DNA of 64,000 nucleotides from Minisyncoccia bacterium (GCA_049651785.1 JBASCT010000022.1:44-64043), one strand, 5' to 3'. Positions 35,619 through 44,958 are shown, counted from the stretch's first letter. Notes: generated from the letters alone by a model not told the origin. Made by a program: numbers and translations.

Positions 35619-36080
35619 ATGAACAGGTTCTTTACAATCATCGCAGCCGTTCTTGTGTCGGGCTGCACCGGCCTGGGTTACACGACCGTGCCGACCGTGC
35701 CGTCGTCGACTCAGTACGAGGTCAAACCCGTTTGGTTTCTCCAGCGTGGAGTCAATGCTCAAGTGATCAACTTCTGCAGCTCGCGCGCGGTGCTTTACCC
35801 GACGTATCCTTTCCCGACGAATGGTGAGGCGATTGAGTTGCCGCCCGGCCAGCCGGTCTGGGTTGCGATGGCACCGAACCTTCTTGAAATGTCGCGTGGT
35901 CTCGCGGCCACCGTCGTTTTCTATGAGAAAGGTATCCAGATGGGTACGGTTAGCCGGTCTTTCCGGATTGATCAGTACTCGACGCAGAGGGTCCAGTGGA
36001 TTCTCGGCGGCGACCGCGGCGGTGGTGGGCAGAACGTTTTCGTCGACCGCTGCCCGCGCTCACTCGACCGGAGTCGGTAA
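35619..36080 (+). CDS. Lipoprotein (hypothetical), GC-rich stand-alone cassette
   Basis: Lipobox LVSGC after the signal peptide; bracketed by a consensus promoter and a terminator. Noticeably GC-richer than its neighbours. Confidence 0.5.
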   Translation: MNRFFTIIAAVLVSGCTGLGYTTVPTVPSSTQYEVKPVWFLQRGVNAQVINFCSSRAVLYPTYPFPTNGEAIELPPGQPVWVAMAPNLLEMSRGLAATVVFYEKGIQMGTVSRSFRIDQYSTQRVQWILGGDRGGGGQNVFVDRCPRSLDRSR

Positions 36081-36100
36081 CGCCATGTGTTACCCCAACA

Positions 36101-36133
36101 AGGGCAGAGAGAAATCTCTGCCCTTTCTTTTTG
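36101..36133 (+). terminator. Rho-independent terminator AGGGCAGAGA-GAAA-TCTCTGCCCT + TTCTTTTT
   Basis: Direct reading. Confidence 0.75.
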
Positions 36134-36155
36134 CCTAAAGTGCTAAAATGCTTTT

Positions 36156-36587
36156 ATGAAATATATCTCAAAGAGTCTTATCGAAACAGGGGAGATCGCC
36201 GAGAATTTTCTCGGGAGCCTGAGGTCCTCTTCAGGAGCAACGGTCGTCGCCCTCTCCGGAGATCTCGGCTCGGGCAAAACTACTTTCGCGCAAGCGCTTG
36301 GGCAGGCGCTCGGTGTCACGGAAAGTATCCAGAGCCCAACCTTTGTCATAGAAAAAATTTACGATATTGATTTCAAAAACTTCCGCCGTCTTATACACAT
36401 TGATGCGTACCGCTTGGAAGGCGACAAAGAACTTCTACACCTCGGCTGGGAGGAAATTACCAAAGAGCCGGAAAATTTGATTCTGATAGAATGGCCCGAG
36501 AATGTCCGAGGTATTATTCCCGAGGACGCGAAGACTATCCGGTTCAGGTTTGTGGACGAACACACGCGCGAAATTTCTTATGACTAA
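36156..36587 (+). CDS. tsaE: tRNA threonylcarbamoyladenosine biosynthesis protein TsaE
   Basis: 143 aa; P-loop LSGDLGSGKTTF and a conserved HxDxYR-like HIDAYR motif. Confidence 0.85.
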   Translation: MKYISKSLIETGEIAENFLGSLRSSSGATVVALSGDLGSGKTTFAQALGQALGVTESIQSPTFVIEKIYDIDFKNFRRLIHIDAYRLEGDKELLHLGWEEITKEPENLILIEWPENVRGIIPEDAKTIRFRFVDEHTREISYD

Positions 36588-38997
36588 AGACAAAGCCAAA
36601 AAAGAGGGGAAGAAGAGATTGGTGCTTCTTGACGCGCACGCGATAATCCACCGCGCCTATCACGCCCTGCCGGAGTTTGCCGCCTCATCTGGCGAGCCGA
36701 CTGGCGCTCTCTACGGTCTCTCCACGATGCTTCTTAAAATTATTAATGAACTTAAGCCGGACTTTATTATCGCCTGTCTTGATCTCCCCGGACCGACACA
36801 TCGGCACGAAGCGTATGAAACTTATAAAGCCGGCCGGGCCAAAACCGAGGACGCTCTTGTCCTTCAGCTCGGACGCGCCAAAGAAGTTTTTGACGCCTTC
36901 GATATCCCGACCTACTCACATCCGGGCTTTGAAGCGGATGACGTTCTCGGGACGATTGTCTCAGATCTGAAAGAGAACAAAGATTTGGAAATTATTATCG
37001 CCACGGGCGACATGGACGCGCTCCAGCTCGTCGAGCCGGAGCGGGTTAAGGTCTATACTCTCAAAAAGGGTATAAGTGACACCATTCTCTATGATGAGAA
37101 AAAGGTTGAGACGCGTTTCGGCTTCGGGCCCAAACTTCTTGTGGATTACAAAGGACTGCGCGGTGATCCTTCCGACAACATCGTGGGCGTCAAAGGTATC
37201 GGAGAGAAAACGGCGACGGCCCTTATCACGACTTTCGGCACGGTAGAAGATATTTATAAAGCCCTTAAGAAAGACAAAGACGCTTATAAAAAAGCGAGCA
37301 TTACCGAAAGGATAAAAAATTTACTTCTCGACAACGAAGAAGAGGCGCTCTTTTCTAAAACCCTTGCTACTATCCGCACCGACGCGCCGATAAACTTCGC
37401 TCTGCCGGCCGCTTGGCGCGAGAGCGTGAACATAGAAAAATTGGAAGAGCTATTCAAGAAACTTGAATTTAGAACGATGGGAGAGAGGGTAAAAAATATT
37501 TTGGGGGACAGCCATGTCGAGCGGAAAACCGCGGACAATTTTCTACCCTCACAAGAAAATTCTTTGGAAGAGAAGGAGCTTTGTCTCGCGCTCTGGGTTG
37601 TAGACTCTAATCTTAGTAATCCAACCCTTGAAGAGGTGTTTCGATTTACGAAAACGAAAGATATTAAGGAGGCAAGGCAAGTTCTTGAAAAGGAACTTGA
37701 AAAGAGGGGTGCCAAAAAACTTTTTGAAGAAATAGAGAAGCCGCTCATTCCGATCGTGGGCGCCATGAACGCCCGGGGCATCAAAATTGACAAGAAAAAT
37801 CTCGGAAAGCTCTCTCTTGAATACCACAAGGAACTCGCGCGCCTTGAAGAAGCGATTTGGCGCGCGGCGGGGGAGGAACCCGCCCGAACGGCTGAAGGTG
37901 TTCAGTCGGGCGGGTTCAACATCAATTCGCCCAAGGTACTTGGCGGTATTCTCTTCGAAAAATTGGGCCTAGCCGGCAAAAACCAGAAAAAGACTCCGAC
38001 CGGAGCACTCTCAACGAAGGAGTCGGAGCTCGAGAAACTAAAAGACAAACATCCGATAGTGAAAATGATTCTTGAATACCGAGAGCTCGCCAAACTCCTC
38101 TCGACTTACATCGACGCTATCCCGCCGCTCTTGGATAAAGATTCTCGGCTCCACTCCACCTTTCTCGCGGCGGGTACGACCACGGGCCGTATGGCCTCCA
38201 ACTCGCCCAATCTCCAGAACATTCCGAATAAAACGGCGCTGGGCCGCGCCATCCGCCACGCGTTTGTCGCCGAGAAAGGCTTTCGGCTCGTTTCTTTCGA
38301 CTATTCGCAAATTGAACTTCGTATCGCCGCCATTCTCTCGAAAGACAAAAAACTTATTGAAATCTTTAAGTTAGGTACGGACGTCCACGCCGGTGTGGCC
38401 GCAAGAATCTTCAAGGTGGGGGAGAAAGATGTCGACAAGGGCATGCGCATCAAGGCGAAGACCATCAATTTCGGCATTCTCTACGGTATGGGGGTTAATG
38501 CCTTAAAGACCAATCTTGGTGTTGACCGCAAGGAAGCGCAAGAATTTTACAACGAATACTTTAAAACCTTTCACGGACTCTCGAACTATCTTGACCGCGT
38601 TAAGGCCGAGGCGGAGCGCCGTGGTTATACCGAAACGATGTTCGGAAGGCGGCGTTATTTCTCCGGTTTCCGCTCACCCCTGCCTTATGTGAAGGCGCAG
38701 GCGGAACGCATGGCGATAAATGCGCCGATCCAAGGAACGCAAGCCGATCTGACGAAACTTGCCATGAAGCAAATTGATGATTTTATAAAGAAGAATAAAT
38801 ATGGAGAGGATGTCCGCCTCCTTCTTCAAGTCCATGACGAACTTGTTTATGAAGTGAAAGACTCGCTTGTCGGCAAGGTCGCTCCCGAAATCAGAAAGAT
38901 AATGGAAAAAGCTTTCCCCGAAAAAGAGACCCTCGGAGTGCCGATAACGGTTGAAGCGCAGGCGGGGGACAATTGGGGTGAGATGAAAAAGATATGA
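36580..38997 (+). CDS. polA: DNA polymerase I (5'-3' exonuclease + polymerase domains)
   Basis: N-terminal FEN domain (LVLLDAHAIIHRAYHAL...GFEADDVLGT) and polymerase motifs A (LVSFDYSQIELRI), B (RIKAKTINFGILYG) and C (LLQVHDELV). Start reassigned to ATG 36580 (MTKDK), overlapping the tsaE stop. Confidence 0.9.
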   Translation: MTKDKAKKEGKKRLVLLDAHAIIHRAYHALPEFAASSGEPTGALYGLSTMLLKIINELKPDFIIACLDLPGPTHRHEAYETYKAGRAKTEDALVLQLGRAKEVFDAFDIPTYSHPGFEADDVLGTIVSDLKENKDLEIIIATGDMDALQLVEPERVKVYTLKKGISDTILYDEKKVETRFGFGPKLLVDYKGLRGDPSDNIVGVKGIGEKTATALITTFGTVEDIYKALKKDKDAYKKASITERIKNLLLDNEEEALFSKTLATIRTDAPINFALPAAWRESVNIEKLEELFKKLEFRTMGERVKNILGDSHVERKTADNFLPSQENSLEEKELCLALWVVDSNLSNPTLEEVFRFTKTKDIKEARQVLEKELEKRGAKKLFEEIEKPLIPIVGAMNARGIKIDKKNLGKLSLEYHKELARLEEAIWRAAGEEPARTAEGVQSGGFNINSPKVLGGILFEKLGLAGKNQKKTPTGALSTKESELEKLKDKHPIVKMILEYRELAKLLSTYIDAIPPLLDKDSRLHSTFLAAGTTTGRMASNSPNLQNIPNKTALGRAIRHAFVAEKGFRLVSFDYSQIELRIAAILSKDKKLIEIFKLGTDVHAGVAARIFKVGEKDVDKGMRIKAKTINFGILYGMGVNALKTNLGVDRKEAQEFYNEYFKTFHGLSNYLDRVKAEAERRGYTETMFGRRRYFSGFRSPLPYVKAQAERMAINAPIQGTQADLTKLAMKQIDDFIKKNKYGEDVRLLLQVHDELVYEVKDSLVGKVAPEIRKIMEKAFPEKETLGVPITVEAQAGDNWGEMKKI

Positions 38998-39434
38998 GAG
39001 ACGAGTTTTATCACAAAGACCTTTTCGGCGCGGTTGTGGACTTCTCTCCCAAAGAGGAAGAAGAAAAGCCCCTTTTTGACAAAAAGGGCAGAGAATTTAA
39101 TATTTTTATCCTAACGGACGCCTTGGGTGCCAGAAATAAAAAAGAAGCTTGGACTCTTTACCAGAAGGCCTTGGCGGCCGGGGTCTCGGTCGATGAAATA
39201 TTTTTCAAAATTTTCTGGCAAGTGAAATCTATGCTTCTGGCTTCAAAAACGAAGGGTGTCGCCGAGACCGATATGAAGCCATTCCCCTACAACAAAGCCA
39301 AAGGTTACGCCAAAAACTATTCTCCCGAGGAGCTAGAAAACCTCTCACAAAGTCTTGTCGAGGGCTATCTCCTGGCCCGCCGCGGCGAAGGGGAGATTGA
39401 GACCCTGCTCGAAAAAATACTTCTTAAACTATGA
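38994..39434 (+). CDS. Hypothetical protein coupled to polA
   Basis: 146 aa; ATGA overlap with the polA stop; no confident family. Confidence 0.4.
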   Translation: MRDEFYHKDLFGAVVDFSPKEEEEKPLFDKKGREFNIFILTDALGARNKKEAWTLYQKALAAGVSVDEIFFKIFWQVKSMLLASKTKGVAETDMKPFPYNKAKGYAKNYSPEELENLSQSLVEGYLLARRGEGEIETLLEKILLKL

Positions 39435-39452
39435 AAATGCTATGATTGTTGT

Positions 39453-40646
39453 ATGAATAACGACCCCATTGGCAAGAATGGTAACGGGCTAGCTGATGTG
39501 GAACCAACTATTTTCAACCGTAATCAAAAATTAAAGAAACTTTTAATAATACTCTCTGCTTCTGTGTTGTTGAGTGTATTTATTTTATTTAAAAACGATA
39601 CCCCCTTTTCCTCTCGGCTTGTGCCGTCTGAGAAATTAGCACCACAATTACAAGAAGGCATCGACAATGCTAGTACTAGCGAACCTATAATACTAACCGC
39701 CCGAGGCGAGGGCGGCTATGTGATTAAGGATGGAATTCTTTATTACTTTTCTCGCGAGGTGCCCGGTGTTGATATTGCGACCCTTGAAGTTATTAACGAT
39801 TATTGGGTTAGGGATAAAAATAATGCCTATAATGGAGAAAAAATTTTTGACCATGATGAGGTAGATGTTGGGTCTCTTGAAATTCTTGATGGATATGTCA
39901 TCAAAGATAACAAAAATGTTTATTCCACTATTGGTGACAAACTACAAATTGTTCCAAATGTTGATATAACAAGCTTCCAATATGTTGGAACTTGTAAAGG
40001 GTTTTCAGGTGCCCGCGGCGAAAACTATTTTCGAGACAAGTTTAATATATACCATGCAACATATGGACAAGATTTCGCTCCAAATTTTTCGATTAAAAAA
40101 TTAGATTATATAGATACTTCATCGTTTCAATATTTAGGTTTTTACTCCCCCTTTGGACCAGGGGAGATACAGCCCTCGGTGCCCTACGCGAAGGATAAAA
40201 ACAATATCTACTATGCCTGCGGCGAGATTTTAAAAGACGCGGATCCAAATAGTTTTATAGACTTTACAGACGGTTATGCCAAGGATAAGTTAACGGTTTG
40301 GTATTTGGGCGAATTGATTGAGGGAGCAGATTCGGCGACATTTCAACCATTAACTACTAAATATTACCATAACGGATATTACTGGGGTGATTTTTACGCC
40401 AAAGACAAATCAAATGTTTACGTTGGAGGCCACGTTCTTGGTGACCTTGATCCCGCGACACTTGTAATTGTTGAAGGGTGGCTCCTGGAGGACCAAGTAT
40501 TTACTATCTACTTAAAAGATAAAAATTATGTTTACGCAGCTGCTGGTTACAAAGTAACTGGAGTTAATCCCACAGACTGTACTCCAGAAACATTCTCAAA
40601 GTGCAAAAACGATGATTACCAGAGATACAATCTAGGGCCCTTCTAG
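39453..40646 (+). CDS. DKNYY-repeat membrane-anchored protein
   Basis: N-terminal TM helix; at least seven repeats of (K/R)DKNN(I/V)YY-type units (KDKNNIYYA, KDKSNVYVG, KDKNYVYAA...). AT-richer than the flanking core genes. Confidence 0.65.
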   Translation: MNNDPIGKNGNGLADVEPTIFNRNQKLKKLLIILSASVLLSVFILFKNDTPFSSRLVPSEKLAPQLQEGIDNASTSEPIILTARGEGGYVIKDGILYYFSREVPGVDIATLEVINDYWVRDKNNAYNGEKIFDHDEVDVGSLEILDGYVIKDNKNVYSTIGDKLQIVPNVDITSFQYVGTCKGFSGARGENYFRDKFNIYHATYGQDFAPNFSIKKLDYIDTSSFQYLGFYSPFGPGEIQPSVPYAKDKNNIYYACGEILKDADPNSFIDFTDGYAKDKLTVWYLGELIEGADSATFQPLTTKYYHNGYYWGDFYAKDKSNVYVGGHVLGDLDPATLVIVEGWLLEDQVFTIYLKDKNYVYAAAGYKVTGVNPTDCTPETFSKCKNDDYQRYNLGPF

Positions 40647-40667
40647 TGCGCCCAGTAGCGGTCGAAC

Positions 40668-41498
40668 CTAGTTTTTAAAGGATTTAATTGCTTGAGCAAG
40701 CAGAATTTGTTTTTCCAAGGGTTTCTTCCAAACGCTATTTAAGCGTCTCCCATTCAATCTAACTCCCGGAGAAAAATTAATTTCTTCCTGAAACTTCTGC
40801 ATATTTTCTTTTCTGCTGATTACCACCTCGTTTGGTCTTAACACTCTCGATTCAATATTAAATTCCGAAAGAAGTTTTTGGATCAGAAAAAGTCTCGAGA
40901 CATCTTTTTGGTAGCCCCTTATTTGTCTTAAATTTCTCTTAGGCCTGAAATCCATGCAACCCTCATCATCAAAAAAAGCCCTAACAAACTCTTTTTTCAA
41001 AGCTTTGGGTAGTCGATAAATAACTTTCAGCAATTCTTTTGATTTTATTTGTAAATAAGCTCCTAGGGCCACGTTATGATAACTAATACGAGATACTCCC
41101 GTTGTTGTATTCACCCACCGCCGAGGCGGGTAATTGTAAATCTCTTTCATACAGTTTTCTACCATGTCGAGCAACGACTGATTTCGGTTGTTATAGACAC
41201 AGCTAGTCCTGCTTATTGTCCCATCAAAAATTAGATGAGCCACAAGCAAGACAGTTTTCTTCTCCCATCGGTCAAATTTCTTGAAATCCCTATCACTTTT
41301 TCCCCTTCTAGCTAAGGCAAGATTTTTTGCTCTGACACCACTAGCAGTACGAATTGATTTTATCTTTTCTGCGCCCAAGGGGATGTGGTGAATGTGAGAA
41401 TAAACTGAAGTTTTAGAGCGTCCGGTAATTTTTACTATTTCTGTTAAGGTGTGGCCCGACTTGCGTAAATTGAGGCAGCGCTTCTTAAAATTATTCAT
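40668..41498 (-). CDS. HTH + double-motif LAGLIDADG-like homing endonuclease family protein
   Basis: N-terminal HTH (LRKSGHTLTEIVKITGRSKTSVYSHI) and two LAGLIDADG-like motifs (LVAHLIFDGTIS; VRAFFDDEGCMDF). Start codon 2 nt from the tRNA-Lys 3' end. Confidence 0.65.
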   Translation of the reverse strand: MNNFKKRCLNLRKSGHTLTEIVKITGRSKTSVYSHIHHIPLGAEKIKSIRTASGVRAKNLALARRGKSDRDFKKFDRWEKKTVLLVAHLIFDGTISRTSCVYNNRNQSLLDMVENCMKEIYNYPPRRWVNTTTGVSRISYHNVALGAYLQIKSKELLKVIYRLPKALKKEFVRAFFDDEGCMDFRPKRNLRQIRGYQKDVSRLFLIQKLLSEFNIESRVLRPNEVVISRKENMQKFQEEINFSPGVRLNGRRLNSVWKKPLEKQILLAQAIKSFKN

Positions 41499-41499
41499 G

Positions 41500-41570
41500 T
41501 CCCCCCACCAGGAATCGAACCTGGATCAGCGGATTAAAAGTCCGTTGCTCTACCACTGAGCTATGGAGGG
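41500..41570 (-). tRNA. tRNA-Lys (anticodon UUU)
   Basis: Manual cloverleaf CCCTCCA-TA-GCTC-AGTGGTA-GAGC-A-ACGGA-CTTTTAA-TCCGC-TGAT-CCAGG-TTCGATT-CCTGG-TGGGGGG-A; no encoded CCA. Confidence 0.8.
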
Positions 41571-41673
41571 TTACCTTAATAGGATAACAGACGCAGGTTC
41601 TATTAATCTCACTTTCTGTGGATAATCACAAAAAGTTTTAAAACTATACCTAAAAACAAGACTTCTGTCGATA

Positions 41674-42078
41674 TTAAAGCGGTATATCTAGGGCGTAGCC
41701 ACCGGCTCCAGTTACAAGAAGAGAAAGCGAGATGACGAAAATGAATAGGTAGAAAACGACATCGCGTTTAAGAATCTCGCGCGCCTTCCATTCTATGTAA
41801 AGCTCAAGCCCTGAAAAAACTACGAAAGCAAGGGCCACCACTTGGGTCCAGAGGCCGATGATAAGAAAGAAGCCGCCGACAATCTGGAGCACTGCGTAGA
41901 AAGGCACGAAAAAATTTGCTGGTCGCAAGCCCAGAGCATCAAAACTCGAGAGCCAGCCCTCTTTTTCCCCGCGGAGCTTAAGAATACCGAGGTCGATGAA
42001 CAGAAGTCCGAGCACGAGGCGCAAAATAAGCGGCGCCAGAGCCGAATACATCAGGAGTTCGGGGAAAGGATTAAGCAT
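41674..42078 (-). CDS. DoxX-family membrane protein
   Basis: 134 aa, 4 TM; N-terminal LILRLVLGLLFIDLGILKL is typical of DoxX. Confidence 0.75.
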   Translation of the reverse strand: MLNPFPELLMYSALAPLILRLVLGLLFIDLGILKLRGEKEGWLSSFDALGLRPANFFVPFYAVLQIVGGFFLIIGLWTQVVALAFVVFSGLELYIEWKAREILKRDVVFYLFIFVISLSLLVTGAGGYALDIPL

Positions 42079-42103
42079 GTTATTTATAGTGAGCTTGTCG
42101 AAT

Positions 42104-42574
42104 CTATTTTAGCACAAAGAGGGCAACGCCCGCCGCAACCGAGACATTGAGCGAAAGGGAGTTGCCCGGCGTGCCTATTTCTACAATCTCATCGGAAAGT
42201 TCGAGCGTCTTTTTCTCGACACCCGCAACCTCGCTACCTACTATTAGGGCGAATTTTTCTTTGGCTTTGAAATTTTTAAGCTGTCCCGCCCGCAGGTCTT
42301 GTTCAAGAGCAATGATTTGGAAGCCGTCTTGTTTCAATTTTTTTACCGCCGATTCTGCCGTCTTCTCGTATTCCCAAGGCACTCTTTTTTCCGCGCCCAA
42401 GGACACCTTGGCGAAATCTTGGCGCGCCCTCCGGAAGCGGTCGAGGGGCGCGGGGGTTGTACCGACCAGAACTATTTTTGAGACTCCAAAACGGTCGGCG
42501 GTGCGGAAGATTGAGGCCGTATTCTCAACACTCCTGATATTTTCAAGCACCAAGATGGAAGTTCGGTTTGTCAT
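42104..42574 (-). CDS. SpoU/TrmH-family RNA 2'-O-methyltransferase
   Basis: SPOUT motifs LENIRSVENTASIFRTADRFG, LEQDL, LIVGSEVAGV and EIGTPGNSLSLNVSVAAGVALF. Start reassigned to internal Met so that the stop/start couples with mutM. Confidence 0.8.
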   Translation of the reverse strand: MTNRTSILVLENIRSVENTASIFRTADRFGVSKIVLVGTTPAPLDRFRRARQDFAKVSLGAEKRVPWEYEKTAESAVKKLKQDGFQIIALEQDLRAGQLKNFKAKEKFALIVGSEVAGVEKKTLELSDEIVEIGTPGNSLSLNVSVAAGVALFVLK

Positions 42575-43473
42575 TTGCCTGCCCGCCGACGAGGCGGGTA
42601 GAGTTTCTGGTGCTTGTTGCAGAAGTGAGTACTTCTCGAACCAATTACGAGGCGCTCCATTTTTCCTCGGCAGCCGGGTTTCAGACATCTTTCTCCCGTT
42701 CGCTGATAGGCCCTGTGATGGTTCTGAAACTTGCCCTTGCCACCCTCAATATTTCGGTAATCGGAGGTTGAGTCTCCACCAAGATCTAGGCCCTTGCGCA
42801 AAAGCTCTTTCATCGCCCGAAAAGAGAGCTTCAAATTTGTTTCCGGAATTTTATCCGGGTGGGAGAGAGGGTGAATTCCCGCCCGCCAGAGAATTTCGTC
42901 GGAATAAATATTACCGATGCCCGAGATTAAGCTCTGGTCGAGAAGAACCTGCTTAATTTTCCCCCTTGGGCGCAAGAGGAGACGCCTCCTGAAATCCGGG
43001 AAGCCAAAATTTTTATCCAAGGGTTCGGGTCCGAGGTTTTGGAGGTGCGGGGAACGGTGGAGCGCCTCTGTTCTGACAACAGTCACTTTGGCGAATTTTC
43101 GCAGGTCGGAGAATAACAGATCTTTGCTGTTGTCGAGGGCGAATTTCAGACGGACAAACTTGGTTTCCGGCCTGTCGTAGACGAAGTGCCCTGTCATTTT
43201 CATATGGACGATGATAGTTTCTCCGCCTGCTTGCCCCGAGCCCGGTTGAGGGGAGAGATGGATTAAGATGTTTTTTGCCCTTCTTTCTGCTCTAAGAATC
43301 TTTTTGCCCACGATGCGTCTCCTAAAATTTAGAAAAAACTTTGGATCCTTAATATTATCTTTGCCTTTGTGATACTCACTTCGGTAGTCAGTAGTAACGC
43401 TAAGGATTTTCTTTCCTTTTACCGTTCTGTTTAGTCCTTTGACCGTAGTTTCTACTTCCGGCAGCTCAGGCAT
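42571..43473 (-). CDS. mutM: Formamidopyrimidine-DNA glycosylase
   Basis: MPELPEVETT N-terminus (catalytic P2/E3) and C-terminal zinc finger CLKPGCRGKMERLVIGSRSTHFC. Confidence 0.9.
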   Translation of the reverse strand: MPELPEVETTVKGLNRTVKGKKILSVTTDYRSEYHKGKDNIKDPKFFLNFRRRIVGKKILRAERRAKNILIHLSPQPGSGQAGGETIIVHMKMTGHFVYDRPETKFVRLKFALDNSKDLLFSDLRKFAKVTVVRTEALHRSPHLQNLGPEPLDKNFGFPDFRRRLLLRPRGKIKQVLLDQSLISGIGNIYSDEILWRAGIHPLSHPDKIPETNLKLSFRAMKELLRKGLDLGGDSTSDYRNIEGGKGKFQNHHRAYQRTGERCLKPGCRGKMERLVIGSRSTHFCNKHQKLYPPRRRAGK

Positions 43474-43479
43474 ATACTT

Positions 43480-44082
43480 TTAACTCTTCTTAACTCCGAT
43501 GTAGGATTTGATCTTGCGATCACCGCTTACAGCGAAAGCAATGGATCTCATATTGCCGTCGTCAAGCTCCCAGCGCATTTTTTTCAACCCTTTTCTATTG
43601 ACCGGACTCGGACCTCTTTCGATCACTATGGGCAAGGAATATCGGTCTTTTTTTATAATCTTTTTGAGATTAATAATAATTGGAACGACGCGCCTGGCTC
43701 TTTTGTTAAGAAGCCCGCTACCTGACTCAAGAGCTTTTCTAACCATTTTTCCAGTATGCGCCAGTGAATTATCTGTCCAAGAAACAGGGAGTCCGCCAGC
43801 TCTTTTCCAAACCCCCACTTCTTTGGTTAAAAGCTCACCTACATACCAGTCAACTTTTTGATAAGCAACAAGCCTCTTTTTCCAGCTGCCGATAATTTTA
43901 TCCAGTTTTTTCTCCGGCAGTTTTCTTAGCGCCTTGTAGGCTCGGGCTCTTGCCAGCAAATATTTTTTAACTGGGGGAATTTTTTTATCATTTTTTTTAG
44001 CAACACCGTATTTCCGGAGAAATTCTGTTAAAAGAAAAGTTCTCTTAACCTCAATACCGCCAACTCTTCTCATTAACTTCAT
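43480..44082 (-). CDS. Lys-rich hypothetical protein between ruvA and mutM
   Basis: 200 aa, coupled to ruvA (overlapping stop/start); no confident family. Confidence 0.45.
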   Translation of the reverse strand: MKLMRRVGGIEVKRTFLLTEFLRKYGVAKKNDKKIPPVKKYLLARARAYKALRKLPEKKLDKIIGSWKKRLVAYQKVDWYVGELLTKEVGVWKRAGGLPVSWTDNSLAHTGKMVRKALESGSGLLNKRARRVVPIIINLKKIIKKDRYSLPIVIERGPSPVNRKGLKKMRWELDDGNMRSIAFAVSGDRKIKSYIGVKKS

Positions 44083-44654
44083 GATCTTGCAGAAAGCAGT
44101 TTGAGGGCGGCGCGGACTCGCTCAGAGACACCCTTAATATCCTTAGAAACTTTTTTCAACGCCTCGCGAGCATCACGTTCGCTGTAGCCGAGAGAGACCA
44201 GAGCCTCGAGGGCGTCTCCTTCCGAGCGGGTGTCGAGGCCGCCGTCCTCTTTGGTTATCTTCAGCTTGTCTTTGAGCTCCAAGACAATTTTCTCCGCGTT
44301 CTTTTTACCGATACCGGAGACGCGCGTCAGGTATGAAGTGTCGGAGCTCGCCACGGCCTGCCGAAGCGTTTGCGGACTCGCAACGTTGAGAATGTTTAGC
44401 GCCGTCTTCGGCCCAATGCCCGAAATCGTTATCAGAAGCTCAAAAGTATCCAAGGTTTCTTTGTCGATAAACCCGTACAAATCAAGAGCGTTTTCCCGCA
44501 CGGCCAAATGCGTCCAGAGAAAAATTGGCGCCCCCACCGTTGCCTCAAGCGCGGTCTCAGCCGTGACGGCCGTGCGGTAGCCGACCCCCGAGACCTCCAC
44601 TACCAGCGAGCCGAGACCTCTGCTTTTTACCGTACCGTTAAGCGAGCCTATCAT
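44079..44654 (-). CDS. ruvA: Holliday junction DNA helicase RuvA
   Basis: 191 aa; MIGSLNG N-terminus, HhH motifs (LITISGIGPKTALNIL; LTRVSGIGKKNAEKIVLEL). Confidence 0.9.
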   Translation of the reverse strand: MIGSLNGTVKSRGLGSLVVEVSGVGYRTAVTAETALEATVGAPIFLWTHLAVRENALDLYGFIDKETLDTFELLITISGIGPKTALNILNVASPQTLRQAVASSDTSYLTRVSGIGKKNAEKIVLELKDKLKITKEDGGLDTRSEGDALEALVSLGYSERDAREALKKVSKDIKGVSERVRAALKLLSARS

Positions 44655-44697
44655 CGTCTTGTCATTATAAATGAAAGTCTGCTAAGATGCTCTCACT

Positions 44698-44958
44698 ATG
44701 GCAATTACGCAAAGCGCGAAGAAAGCCCTGCGAGTCTCGAAAAGGAGGCGAGTCTTTAATCTGCGCCGTAAAAGCGAAGTCGAGCGCGCCGTAAAATCTT
44801 TCAAAAAACTCCTAGCTTCTGGCGATAAAAAGGGGACTCTGGAAGCCATGCGCCAGGTTCAGAGTGCTCTGGATAAGGCGGTCAAAGGCAAAACCTTGAA
44901 GAAAAACAACGCCGCGCGCAAAAAGTCTCGCCTTTCAAAGCTCTTGAAGAAGCTATAA
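44698..44958 (+). CDS. rpsT: 30S ribosomal protein S20
   Basis: 86 aa; MAITQSAKKALRVSKRRRVFNLRRKSEVERAVK is S20-like. Confidence 0.85.
   Translation: MAITQSAKKALRVSKRRRVFNLRRKSEVERAVKSFKKLLASGDKKGTLEAMRQVQSALDKAVKGKTLKKNNAARKKSRLSKLLKKL

Noticed and set aside
36502-36579. Upstream extension of polA
   Set aside because: It overlaps the tsaE coding sequence in another frame. MTKDK at 36580 overlaps the tsaE stop in the usual coupled manner and precedes the conserved FEN-domain N-terminus.
37284-37829. 181-aa minus-strand ORF and several similar ones (746..1180, 2275..2676, 6366..6791, 12539..13081, 19350..19640, 25343..26047, 47367..47963, 57697..58068)
   Set aside because: All lie antisense to or out of frame within strongly supported conserved genes and have low-complexity compositions.
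39453-41570. Integrase-mediated genomic island at tRNA-Lys
   Set aside because: No integrase gene and no duplicated tRNA 3' segment were found at the far side of the DKNYY gene, so it is described only as a tRNA-associated islet or homing-endonuclease insertion, not a classical integrative island.
41617-41625. Perfect DnaA box TGTGGATAA as a second replication origin
   Set aside because: It is a single or double box far from dnaA with no AT-rich unwinding element. It is more likely a DnaA-regulated promoter site, and the origin is better placed at the dnaA-dnaN and rpmH-dnaA spacers.
42147-42956. 269-aa plus-strand ORF
   Set aside because: It is entirely antisense to the well-supported SpoU methyltransferase and mutM genes, with a Ser/Arg/Pro-rich composition typical of GC-rich antisense frames.
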